From Octopus sinensis (lineage: Eukaryota): a stretch of DNA of 53,090 nt. Of the stretch, positions 1 through 11,560 are shown one piece after another. The notes beneath the pieces are model-generated. The model had not been told where the DNA came from, ran no database searches, and worked only from the letters and a program-made list of their open reading frames with translations. The position numbers and the translations under genes are program-made. Location of the stretch: contig NW_021833955.1 in the NCBI RefSeq assembly GCF_006345805.1, positions 1 through 53,090 of the forward strand, written 5' to 3'. The stretch's first letter is position 1; each line of letters begins with the position of its first letter.

Positions 1-429
1 CATTTTTAATGTATATTAATTTAGCAGTTTATGGTACGTTAAAACTTTAATAATTTATATTAGATTTTTTTATTTTTTTATTTTATTTTTATTTATTTTT
101 TTTATTATGTATTTTTATTTTGCATTTGTTATATGTATTTTGAGGATATATTTAATGTTTTGGGGTGTTATTTAGTGGTGTTTTTTGAGTTTTGTATGTA
201 TGTGTGAATGTTTAAGATCCCTTTGTTTTTTTGTTTTATTTGTATGTTGAATTGACAGATTTTATTTGGGTATTGTCTTTTATAATAAAGTACACACCCA
301 TAACAATTAAAGTGCCCACTTCATTCGTTGTATTTGGTTTGCATGTGAGCCTCAGCATATGCACCTAACGGCCACTCCAGCCCCACATGGATAAATAAAC
401 ACATACATCCCTAAAATAATAAAAAAAAA

Positions 430-465
<36 letters not shown>

Positions 466-3419
466 AAAAAAAAAAAAGGGAGTAATCCCATTCACACCAA
501 TTATATGTATACAATTATACACACTTGAATAATACATACTAGCCCTAATATACTGACATACTAATAATCACCAACTAACCACCATCACAAATGAAACCCA
601 CACCCATACAATGACAAAACTCCCCCATACCCTATTTACACACTACATAGTAATCCCATATATTCTTCCATACATGGACGCAAGTGTGTGAAGCACATGA
701 ACATAATTAGTACGTACAACCCCTAATACACACTAATATATACGTATCAAGCTCGACCTCCACAGTGATAAGTTTACACACAATCACACCCAGATGGGTG
801 AATTGCACAACCAGTGAATGCTCACAAATACGGGCGCGATTACATTGTTGCATTATCGAGCCAAAATAGTATGCATATGTACATGTGGGGGGTACACGTA
901 AATGAAGTGAGCGTGTACCCCCTGTATTTATACCCGTGCGTGAATATACACATGGAGACTACCACACAGGTACAAATGTGTTTAGAAATGGAACCCCATC
1001 ACTACACTTAATGTATACTCTCACCCATCCGCACGGATGTGTAAGTGTATCTCCGGTGTATATGTTGAGGCTTATATGTAGAGTTGTTGTAGGAACGTCG
1101 TTGAAATTGTGAATGAATGGGTAGAGTTGGGAATTGTAACCGAGTGGTGGACTAGTGTTGCTTGGAATTGTGAATGGATTAGGGTGGTAATGAGGTAGGC
1201 ATTGAGTATGGGTTACTGTAAGTTGTTTGTTAGAGTTGCTAGGGTGAGCTAAAGCTCATAATGTATATAATTGATTTTTCATGATAGTTTTTAAAGAATC
1301 CATTCATAATAAATTTTTTTTTTTTTTTTTTTAGTAGCGTTGGTTTGCTACGTGGAAATAGTTTTTAGTTCCATTTATTATATTTCTCCATTCATACTAT
1401 GAATGACGTTTACTTTCTATGGCCGTATTCTTTTTTTACATTAGTTATTTCCATGGTAACGTAATTTTGTTTGGTTTTTTAACGGCTAAAAATCTAATTT
1501 CACTTCATAATTTGTAACTGAATTGTAAGTATGTATTTGATTTATCCTTATGTCATAATGTTATTTTTGATATTCTGGTTAATTACGATGTATTTATTGT
1601 TGTTTTTCATAAGAGTGTTTATGTATATGAGATTGGTTGTGAGTTTTAATTGTATAATTAATTTATTTATCTGTATGAGTGTGGGTGTAAATATTGTTGT
1701 ATATATCGAGTTTTAGTGAGTATGTATATGCGTATATGTGAGGGAGCATATGTATCTGTGTGTGTGTGTGTTTTGCGTGTTGTGTGGTTTGTGTGTGAAT
1801 GTGTATTTGGGTTTGTTATTTAGGATTTGGGATGTATGTGTTAATTTGTCTGTGTGGGGAGGGAGTGGTTTTTGGTGTATATTGAGGTTTATAAGTTAGT
1901 ATAGTTTGTGTATAAGTCTTGGGTCTGTGGTTTACGTGGGGTTTTTGTGTGTGAATGTTTAGGTTAGGGGGATTGCTATATAAGTTTGTTATAGGGTTTA
2001 GCAAGGAGATTTTATCGTTATATGCTTTTATGAGTTTTGGTTTATCATGGTTTTTTTTAGGTAATTTGTGGTATTTTGTATATTTTAGGTGTTGGTTATT
2101 TTTTTACATTGTTTCATTCATAATTTTTTGAGTGGTGTTCGTTTTGCCACGTGAATAACCGGGTGGTGGACTAGCGTTGCTTGGAATGTGAATGGAATAG
2201 TGTAGTAGTGAGTTAGGCATAGAGAATGGGATTGGGTTACTGCAAGTTGTTTGTTAGAGATGCTAAGGTGAGTAAAGCTCATAAATGTATATAATGTTTT
2301 GTGGGTGTGTAAGTATTGTTGTATATGTCGAGTTTAGTGAGTATGTATAGGCGTATATGTGAGGGAGTATATGTATCTTTGTGTGTGAGTGTTTTGCGTG
2401 TGAGTGTGTGTTTTGTGTGTGAATGTTTATATGGGTTTGTTATTTAGGTTTTGGGATGTATGTGTTAATTTGTCTGTGTGGGGAGGGAGTGGGTTTTGGT
2501 GTATATTGAGTTTATAAGTTAGTATAGGTATGTGTATAAGTCGTGAGTTTGTGGTTTTACGTGTGTGTATTTGTGTGTGAATGTTTAGGTTAGGGGGTTT
2601 ACTTTATAGGTTTGTTATAGAGTTTAGCAAAGGGAGATTTTATCGTTATATGTTTTTAAGAGTTTTGTTTTATCATGGTTTTTTTAGGGAATTCGTGGTA
2701 ATTAGTCTATATTTTCGATATGGATTATATATAGGTTATATATGGATTATATACTTATATTTTTTCATTTATACTTTAATTATTTAAAAGTATTATTTTT
2801 ATATTTTAAATTTTGATTTTTTAGATTGGAAAGTCCACCTGAAGATTGTCGATCAAGACAAAAACGATTGTAGTGGCGGTTTTTTTGACTATTTATTAAT
2901 TTTATGTACTGATTAAGTCTTTCCTTGTTTGTTTTGCAAAATAGTGGTTTTGTCTCAAATAATATTTTATAATATTTTACTATCAAATTGGATTTTAATC
3001 CTAAATCTGATTTTTTTCCCTATATATTCCCTAATATTTTATTATATATATATATATATATTATATATATATATATACTATATATATATTATAATATATA
3101 TTTATATATAGAGAGAGAAAGAAAAAGATAAATTAAGATATGGAGTCAAACACATGCTATTTAAACCATCTATACTTCCAACATATGTATCGAGAAAAGT
3201 ATTGAGATTCTTCCAGAGAGAATAAAAGATTATGTAAAACAATGCAATCATCTCATCAGGGAAGGAAAGGAACAAAACACATCAATAAACCATTTTAACA
3301 GAATGTGATTACCGCGTACGTTAGTAGTATATGATGTAAGGAGAAAGCGAGCAAGTTATTTTTTTAAAAACAGTTAATAGATTGTCAAAAGGAATATTTC
3401 ACCATTTTTCTACATTTAG

Positions 3420-3522
3420 ACATATTGACAAACGCAACAATACTGGGCTTCGTAAATTAATGTCGAAAATAAAGTCAAAAACGAATGAGAATGGAAAATG
3501 ATCTGAATTAGAGATGATGGAG
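3420..3522 (+). pseudogene. Putative exon A of RING/death-domain pseudogene
   Basis: Acceptor tttttctacatttAG, weak donor gag|GTagta. Reads HIDKRNNTGLRKLMSKIKSKTNENGK*SELEMME with one TGA (3499-3501). Ends in phase 0, matching the phase-0 start of the exon at 3873. Confidence 0.4.
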
Positions 3523-3549
3523 GTAGTAAATATTTTATAATTGGTTTAA

Positions 3550-3756
3550 CCCTTTCGTTACTGTATATATTTTGAGATGCTCTGTGTTTCTTTCAATTAT
3601 TTTAAATATAACAAAGAGTTTAGTAAAATAACTTATCATTCAGCTAGTGTTAGGAACATAAATTGTGACTAAGGTTTGGTGGAAGATTTTAATTCAGAAC
3701 TTTTGAAAACAAGACATTTGTACTACAGAATCTGAGCTGGGTTGGTAACGAAAGGG
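3550..3756. mobile_element. piggyBac-type MITE
   Basis: 12-bp TIR CCCTTTCGTTAC / GTAACGAAAGGG flanked on both sides by TTAA (3546-3549, 3757-3760). Confidence 0.8.
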
Positions 3757-3872
3757 TTAATTACTGGATAAACAAACTATGACTAGATTTATATGATCTG
3801 TTCTGTAATTAGAGGTATCTGTTATGAATATTTGTGTAATATTGTTATCATTTTATATTTCATCCTTTGTAG

Positions 3873-4005
3873 TGCTGCACTGAGCTCAGCTTGAGCAAAG
3901 ACGAAAGGTTCTCTGGCCTTGTGGTTACCAGATATCTCGCCAGCCATTGGACCTCATTGAAAACCCAAATTTGAAAACAAAATTACAAACATTTTTACCG
4001 CCACA
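3873..4005 (+). pseudogene. Putative exon B of RING/death-domain pseudogene
   Basis: Acceptor catcctttgtAG, consensus donor aca|GTAAGT. 133 nt (phase 0 to 1) reading CCTELSLSKDERFSGLVVTRYLASHWTSLKTQI*KQNYKHFYRH with TGA at 3972-3974. Phase matches the next exon. Confidence 0.55.
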
Positions 4006-4231
4006 GTAAGTATTTCCTGGCAATGACAAGATAAACTATTTTGTATATAATAATCATGTTTATATGTGTGTTTCGTTTAAGTTCTAACAATAAATAAAAC
4101 TGTTGCTAGTGTTTTGATGAAAGGTAGCACAAAACAACAATTATAGTTGTTGGGTGGTCAAAGAAAGAACACTGTTTCAATTACATTCACATAATGGGTT
4201 CTATTGACAGAGGTACCTCACTGGCACCCCA

Positions 4232-4267
<36 letters not shown>

Positions 4268-4444
4268 ATGGACTATTTAGCTACACACAAATCTGCCAAT
4301 ATGTAATGGTTTAAAGAATTTCTGATGTGCTCTTGATTGTCACTGAAGTCTCTCATAATATTCTCTTCTGTAAACACGTACGCAGTGTCATATTTCTTAT
4401 AAATGAATGTTATTGATTAGATATGTTTGTATTTCGTTGCACAG

Positions 4445-4584
4445 ATGATTGTGGTGCAGAAATAAAGCGGCCACAACAAAATTTCATCCCTGTGGACACC
4501 TTGTGACATGTGAAGAATGTTCAAACGTTCCACTGAAATGATGTCTGAGGTGTTTAAAACCTGTAACAAGCAGAAGTTGAGTTG
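4445..4584 (+). pseudogene. RING finger (C3HC4, IAP/Mind-bomb-like) exon, disabled
   Basis: Acceptor ttgcacAG, donor ttg|GTAAGA. Reads DCGAEI-(frameshift)-AATTKFHPCGHLVTCEECSNVPLK*CLRCLKPVTSRS*V, i.e. the FxPCGH-x2-C-x2-C-x(n)-C-x2-C RING-HC pattern, with a frameshift near 4465 and TGA at 4539 and 4578. Confidence 0.75.
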
Positions 4585-4842
4585 GTAAGAATGCTCTTTG
4601 ATGATCTGTCTGTTTGTCCTGCTTGTCTCATTGCCCTTATTGTGTAGAATAAAATGTAAAATTAAATACTCTCAGCAACAATGTTTAACAAAGGGATTAG
4701 GTGTTGTGTTTTATCCTTCTTGAAGTGGTTGTGACATTTGTTTGTTACTAGATCTTTGATGAATAACTTGTCTGACATTGGAATTAAGCAGATTGTTAGT
4801 GAAGATTAGTCTTGAGAACAATGCCATGTAATAGATTTGGCA

Positions 4843-5173
4843 TACGGAAAGAGAGCGACCCCTTCAGTCATGACTGTCCATGAGATTGAACCTAGAAAGT
4901 TACTCTCCCAGACACAAGTCCGGACAAAGTTGATTATGGAAGACCAGCAGTCACCCAGGCCTCCCCTCTCCACGCCACCAGTGTTATCCATGGGGAGGGA
5001 AAAGGCGCCGATACAGCTTGACCCTAGCTTTTGTTACAGCTGAGTGAACTGGAGCAACGTGAAATAAAGTATCTTGCTCAAGAACACAACACGCAGCCCG
5101 GTCCGGGATTCGAACTCAGAACCTCACAATCATAAGCTCAACGCTCTAACCACTGAGCCATGCGCCTTCACAT
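4843..5173 (-). mobile_element. tRNA-derived SINE, family A
   Basis: Minus strand begins GTGAAGGCGCATGGCTCAGTGGTTAGAGCG (A box) with GAGTTCGAATCCC (B box). 9-bp TSD GATTTGGCA at 4834-4842 and 5174-5182. Homologous to 35023 and 39560. Confidence 0.85.
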
Positions 5174-5678
5174 GATTTGGCACAGATATAAGCAAAGTAA
5201 ACAAAACTTAGAGAGAAACTGTAATTAAGTGATAATTAAGTGATATAATTGCAACATTGTTAGATTATGTAAGATGTCTTAATAGAGGACATTTACGAAG
5301 ATCAATCAAATGTTTGTTTTGGATCTAAATATTGTTGAATCCTTTCGTGTTCAGATTACTCTGTTAAATGTAATATTTTTTTATTCAAATTGTTTTGAAT
5401 TAATCATGCATTATCTTATATCTTCGAGGTTTCAATGGTGCGATTGTTTATTTTTAGAATGTCAATTTAGGTTTGGTATGAGAGGCTTAATATTGCCAGT
5501 TTGAATATAAAACATATAGAATATTTGGGCCGGATATGGCCGGTTTAAACACTAAATGGTGAAAGTATAAAATTATTGTCCGAAGCCATTGTGATTGCTG
5601 GTTGACCATTGATGTTAGGAATGTCTCTCAATAATAAAATTTAGATTGTTGATAAAGATAAAGACTTTTACTATAACA

Positions 5679-6071
5679 CTAGCAGTATCGCCCGGCGTTG
5701 CTCGGGTTTGTTTTGACCCTTTAGAACTGGAATTTTTGAAAAGTAAAATTTTGGCATTATATAGCTTGTTATTCTCTTTAAGTGAACATTTTTCTGGTTG
5801 AAATACACCGAAAAATGGCGACACATCAGTCAAAAAATCGTTAAAAAATAGGGATTTTCATAGAAAAAAAAGTAGCTTTTTGATGTAAATAATTTTGGTC
5901 TTAACATGGTCTGATTTGAATTATATCTGCTACGGAATGACGAGCAAGGCTTCTTCTATCATATTCTCAATTTTGGTCAACTTGCGCCTCAGGGTCTCAG
6001 AGGAGATAATGTTAGTTGAAGGCTACCAAACCTGCCATACACAGACGACTTCAGCTTTATATATAGAAAGA
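5679..6071 (-). mobile_element. Non-autonomous Helitron
   Basis: Minus strand starts TC(TTTCTATATATAAAG) and ends CCCGAGCAACGCCGGG-CGATACTG-CTAG (GC hairpin plus CTAG). Inserted between A and T, no TSD. Termini shared with 26116-26494. Confidence 0.75.
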
Positions 6072-6114
6072 TTGTTAATACTGTTACTGTTATTTCTTAT
6101 TGTATCTTTTGCAG

Positions 6115-6319
6115 GTATTTTTTAGGAATTCCAGCAATTGACCAGGATATTATCAAGAACGTTTTCCCTTGTGACACAGTAAAACAGAGTTATCAAATGC
6201 TTTGTGAGTGGTTTATAAATTGTAAACCAGAGGAACGTACAGTTGAAACCCTCAGAAGCGGCCTTAAAGATGCTGAGTGCTTTGCTGCCCTTGAATATCT
6301 CTCATTAGATGAACGGTGA
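6115..6319 (+). CDS. Death-domain C-terminal exon (intact ORF, part of a disabled gene)
   Basis: Acceptor tatcttttgcAG. Reads YFLGIPAIDQDIIKNVFPCDTVKQSYQMLCEWFINCKPEERTVETLRSGLKDAECFAALEYLSLDER*, matching the death-fold pattern LG...I..I...P....Q...ML..W......T...L...L. An alternative acceptor at ~6125 is possible. Confidence 0.75.
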
Positions 6320-8024
6320 ATTTCTGTGTAAATTCTACTGTTGTTTACTCCCAGGTGAATGCTGACCAAAGAGAGAGACCTTTGACCAAAGTATAGAGAA
6401 CCAAGAACCACACACTCCAATTTGTCCTCCTTTACAATGATGAGGTGTGGAGTGCAGTGGATTTAGCTACCAATTCTAGCAGATCTATCTCTCACATAAG
6501 AGATACCCTTCACTGGTTTGGTTCCTTTGTTAGAAATTAGCTTTTGAAATAAAGATAAACTTTGAAATATCCGTTCGTTGTTGTTGCCATACTTAATTGC
6601 CTCCTTAAACGCTTCCATTGTTATATCGGCAGATTTAACCTCCTCCCATATATTGATAGTTATCTACCTTCATTTGTAGCTGAGAGTAGAATGCTTGGTA
6701 CTTAAGGTTATCTGGAAAGTTCATGGCGATTATTTAAGGAAATTAGAAGAGAAAACAATATTATGTGATTGAATATTTATTCAACTAAATATGAACCATT
6801 TTGTTGCACAACCTTTCTCCTTTCTCCATTTTTCCTTCAACATAAAGATTCCAGCATCCCAGAATTGGCTCCTATGCCAGCTTCCAAATCCTGTTTTATG
6901 ATTAGGTAATATTTGTTAAACTTTAAACCTCACTAACCTTTTTCTGCAACTTTTCTGCAACAAATAAATAACGAAGTTATTTCAAGTTACTAAATTTGGA
7001 AATATTGACCTAGTTATACTCTCCCAAAATATGTGACAGTAACAGGGATGTCCCTACAAAATTAGAGAGACAGAAAGTTATATGACGTGTCACACACACA
7101 CGTTTAAATACGTACACACAGGGAATCACGAGTTTAAAATGTTGTATAATAGACATATGCATGTACCCTGTATGTATATACTCATATGTATGCGTGTGTC
7201 TATGTGTGAGTGTTTCTTTGCCGATAAACATCAGAAAAGCCACCCACTCTGTCTCTCATGAAAGCTACGTATTCATAAAATGCACACATCTCTGTGTATG
7301 TGTGTGCTGTATCAATGTTTTTACAAAAGTATGTATGCAGCGTCGCGTGTATATGACAGCTATATTAACATTAAAATCTTATTCTTGCTGATAGAATTCT
7401 CTGATAGAATTCTCCATCTCTCTTTGATACTCTCTTTCTGTCAAACTAGTACATTTTGCAACTTTATCATTTTAAAATTGTATTTGTTCCAATGCCCCTG
7501 GGTTGCACGTTATAGATTTTTATAGGAATCCAATTAGCTTATCACTTAACTGAATGTTAGTGTAACATGAACGGAGAGTTTCGTGAATATTGGATCATTG
7601 GTTTAAACATTAAGATGGTAAAAGTCAGACAAAAATTGTCATTGATTTATGTGTGTGTGTGTATGCGGGTGTGTATCAGTGGCTGATTCCGTGAATGATA
7701 AAAGTGAAAATTATAAATCATTGGGGTAACTATTCGCAATTTACAACGAAAAAGCAAAAGTATTGCTAGAAATACGAGCCAAATCAACTCTTAGCCACGA
7801 GCCACTGGTTGGTTTGGTATTTCTTATAAACAGACAAGGCCAGTTGAGTTTTAACCTTTGGCAACCACATGGAATGCATCACACATCCGAAATCATCGAT
7901 GATCCGGCTCTGCCTTGCTTGCACTATGGAGCTTGTATCCCTTGCTTACTGATGGCTAAGAGTCATTCTGACTCTTATTTCTAGCAATGTTGCTGCTGCT
8001 TACTAGCAACATTAGTCACTTCAT

Positions 8025-8110
<86 letters not shown>

Positions 8111-8201
8111 TTATGTGTGTGTGTGTGTGTGTGTGTGTATGTATATATGTATGTATATATATATGTATGTATATATATATGTATGTATATATGTATATAT
8201 A

Positions 8202-8565
8202 TACTCTTTTACTCTTTTACTTGTTTCAGTCATTTTGACTGCGGCCATGCTGGAGCACCACCTTTTTAGTACTTATTCTATCGGTCTCTTTTTGCCGAAC
8301 CGCTAAGTGACGGGGACGCAAACACACCAGCATCGGTTGTCAAGCAATGCTAGGAGGACAAACACAGACACACAATCACACACACATACATATATATATA
8401 TACGACAGGCTTCTTTCAGTTTCCGTCTACCAAATCCACTCACAAGGCATTGGTCGGCCCGGGGCTATAGCAGAAGACACCTGCCCAAGATGCCACGCAG
8501 TGGGACTGAACCAGCAACCGTGTGGTTGGTTAGCAAGCTACTTACCACACAGCCACTCCTGCGTC
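8202..8565 (-). mobile_element. tRNA-derived SINE, family B
   Basis: Minus head GCAGGAGTGGCTGTGTGGTAAGTAGCTTG, central AC/AT microsatellite, tail GACTGAAACAAGTAAAAGAGTAAAAGAG. Nearly identical to 44242-44612. Confidence 0.85.
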
Positions 8566-8595
8566 TATATATATGTGTGTATATATATATATGTG

Positions 8596-8641
<46 letters not shown>

Positions 8642-8676
8642 ATATATATATGTGTATATATATGTGTATATATATA

Positions 8677-8723
<47 letters not shown>

Positions 8724-8797
8724 CACACAATTTAGACGACTGACCACTAAAAGTGGATAGCCTATATGCTAAACATAGACGTCAAATCGCCATTTAC

Positions 8798-9011
8798 CAC
8801 GAAGAATGTGTTCTCAAGAGAAATCTTAGCAAAAAGCCAAAGTGTAAAAATAAGCGAAGACATGAAAATATCGGAAATGAAAAACGATTCCCTATCTACC
8901 AATTGGTTCCACTTGTTAATATTTACGTATTTCGAATATTTTCACGTGTCTCTGCTTATTTTTACACTTTGGATTTTTGCTGAGATTTTTCTTGAGAACC
9001 CATTCTTCGTG
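8798..9011. mobile_element. Foldback/MITE-like element with ~80-bp inverted arms
   Basis: 8798-8878 (CACGAAGAATGTGTTCTCAAGAGAAATCTTAGC...) is the reverse complement of 8929-9011, with scattered mismatches and a 2-bp indel. 50-bp spacer. Confidence 0.7.
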
Positions 9012-9660
9012 AAAAACGGGATGGACGCTTCGATTTTGTTTTGGTGCCTCGCTCTGTTGTACAAGACTATGAGGATTTGCATCCCCAACGTAATTCGTCT
9101 TTTTCCCAAACTAATGTAATACATGTCCTTGGAGTAGTAATTGTACGCGGCTGAAGAAGGATATTGACATACAAGTTACATCAATTATGCATTGATATAA
9201 CCGTCTAATAAAAGCGGTTGGTGTTTACATAGGAAGCACACTGTCAGAGTTGGTTTGGAACCAACTTTAAGTTTTTAGTCCAACATATCAACCCAAGTAA
9301 TATCTAAGCCCGACACTCATTCTATCGGTACAATTTGCCGCATCGCTAAGTGAGAGGGATTTTCACTGCGCTTGTCAAGCGTCGCTGGGACAATTAATGT
9401 ATGTATGTATATATGTATGTATATATTTATAAACATATATATATATATATATATATAATATATGTATGTATGTACGTATATATATGTATATATACGTATA
9501 TATACGTATATATATATATGTATGTATGTATGTATGTATATATATATATATATATATACATATACGTATATACATACATACATATACACACACACAAACA
9601 CCCACACACAATCTCTCTCACGGATGCACGTACAAAGACATATTCATTTACCTGCATTTA

Positions 9661-9713
<53 letters not shown>

Positions 9714-9942
9714 CACATACACATAACTGTGATGGTAGTCGTTCACATTTTCCGTTGTGAGGTTTTGGGTGACTTCTTGCTTAAGAGACTTTCTGCCCTC
9801 GCCTGCTGCATTTTAATTGACAATAGAGATGTTTGATCTCCGAGTCGCTGGACATTGGGGGAAAACGGTTCTCCAGCGAAACGCAGCAGAACTGAAAAAG
9901 CATCGATATTGTAAAATTCAAGTGAAGTAGCCAGACGGGTGT

Positions 9943-9987
<45 letters not shown>

Positions 9988-10222
9988 CACGGATACACGT
10001 ACAAACACATGTTTATTTGTATGCATTTATATGTTTGTGGTGGTCGCGGTTGGTGTTTCAGTGTGTGATGGACACATTCATACACCTGTGATGGTAGTCG
10101 TTGACAATCTTGTTTGAGCAGTTGTTTTGCATAAGAGACATCTTGTTCTCACCTGCGGTCTTTAACCTGACAATGGATCCGATTGATGTCAATGGCCCTT
10201 TGTTGTTCTACTTTTCACCTCT

Positions 10223-10710
10223 CAGGTGATTCTATCAAATGGATATGATCTGCATAATGCCGATTGCATAATGCCAAATCTGCATTATGCAGTTCATATC
10301 CATTTGATAGAATCACCTGTCAAAGTAATTGTGCAATATGTTCGACAAACCCACATGTGAACTGCAAAACCAAGGGCACCGTATACCAAATTGAGTGCCA
10401 AGAAGGAGCTTGCAAGACTAACCCAGAGTCATACATAGGTGAGACTTCTAGAAGTATCAATGATAGGTTCAAAGAACACCTGGACAACTACATTGAAAGG
10501 AAGCCAAACTCCATCTTCTACCAACATGCTGTGGACTGCCACAGGGGATCCTCAGGGAAACTTAAGTTAAACATCCTATCAACACATCCCACCGATGCAA
10601 TCTTGAGACAGGTCACAGAAGCTGTTTGTATACAAGAATACAAACCTACTCTCAACCGAAAATCCGAATGGAGTAACATCCAGATCCCATTCAGGAGGAC
10701 CATTCTATAA
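10223..10710 (+). mobile_element. 5'-truncated Penelope-like element: Cys-rich linker plus GIY-YIG endonuclease
   Basis: ORF 10264-10710 contains CQSNCAIC...VYQIEC...YIGETSRSINDRFKEH...IFYQHAVDCH...RQVTEAVCIQEYKPTLNR, the PLE-type GIY-YIG signature. No RT upstream. Preceded by an inverted copy of its own 5' end. Confidence 0.85.
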
Positions 10711-11326
10711 CCACCCCTCTCTCTCTCGTTTACATGTAATCCTTACATACATGTTGCAATGCGTGGTGCTAAAACACTTATGTGCAGTTATATGTAACCG
10801 TATGGGCGTACGTTGTTCGATACGTATGTGCGTGTGTGGTGCTATAAGAAAAATGCACATGCATGCACGTATGAGCATGTATGGATGTATGTATGTATTG
10901 TATATGTATGCGCTTATGCATATATAAAAAAAAGAAAAAAGAAAAAGAGCAGATAGGTTAATATAATGCATGTTCGATTTTTAACCGTTGCCCTTGTATA
11001 CTGTGTCGTATTTTGTATGTGTGTGTGAATGTGTGTGTGCGTGTGTGTGTGTGTATGTGTGTAATAGGACATATGTATGTAGAAGTGGATAAGTATATAT
11101 GAGTATATAATTTAAGATTATATGTATATTTATGAGTGTGTCTATATGATTGTGTGTTCTTGCGTATATGTATATGGTTATATGTGCACAGTTGCACCGA
11201 AATGTTGTATCCATTCACAGTTAGACGATGATGAGAGGAACAAACACACACCCACACACATATATATATATATATGTGTGCGTCTATACAAACATATATG
11301 TGTGTATATAGACAACCTTCAACAAA

Positions 11327-11560
11327 GTGACGGTGAGCTGGCAGAAACGTTAGCACGCCGGGCGAAATGCGTGGCCGTATTTCGTCTGTCGTTACGTTCC
11401 GAGTTCAAATTCCGCCGAGGTCGACTTTGCCTTTCATCCTTTCGGGGTCGATAAATTAAGTACCAATTACGCACTGAGGGTCGATGCAATCGACTTAAAT
11501 CCCTTTGTCTGTCCTTGTTTGTCCCCTCTGTGTTTAGCCCCTTGTGGGTAGTAAAGAAAT
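11327..11560 (+). mobile_element. tRNA-derived SINE, family C
   Basis: GACGGTGAGCTGGCAGAAACGTTAGCACG...GAGTTCAAATTCC...AGTAAAGAAAT, flanked by a 21-bp TSD ATATAGACAACCTTCAACAAA (11306-11326, 11561-11581). Confidence 0.85.

Noticed and set aside
1-2800. Mitochondrial insertion (NUMT), suggested by AT richness and strand skew
   Set aside because: No recognisable mitochondrial protein, rRNA or tRNA sequence in any frame I read.
6848-6905. Possible extra exon (DSSIPELAPMPASKSCFMI) with polypyrimidine tract and GTAATA donor
   Set aside because: It lies after the death-domain stop, cannot be joined in a convincing phase, and has no recognisable homology.
7787-7963. 11-bp inverted repeat ACTCTTAGCCA / TGGCTAAGAGT as MITE termini
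   Set aside because: No TSD and no second copy; a match of this length is plausible by chance in 53 kb.
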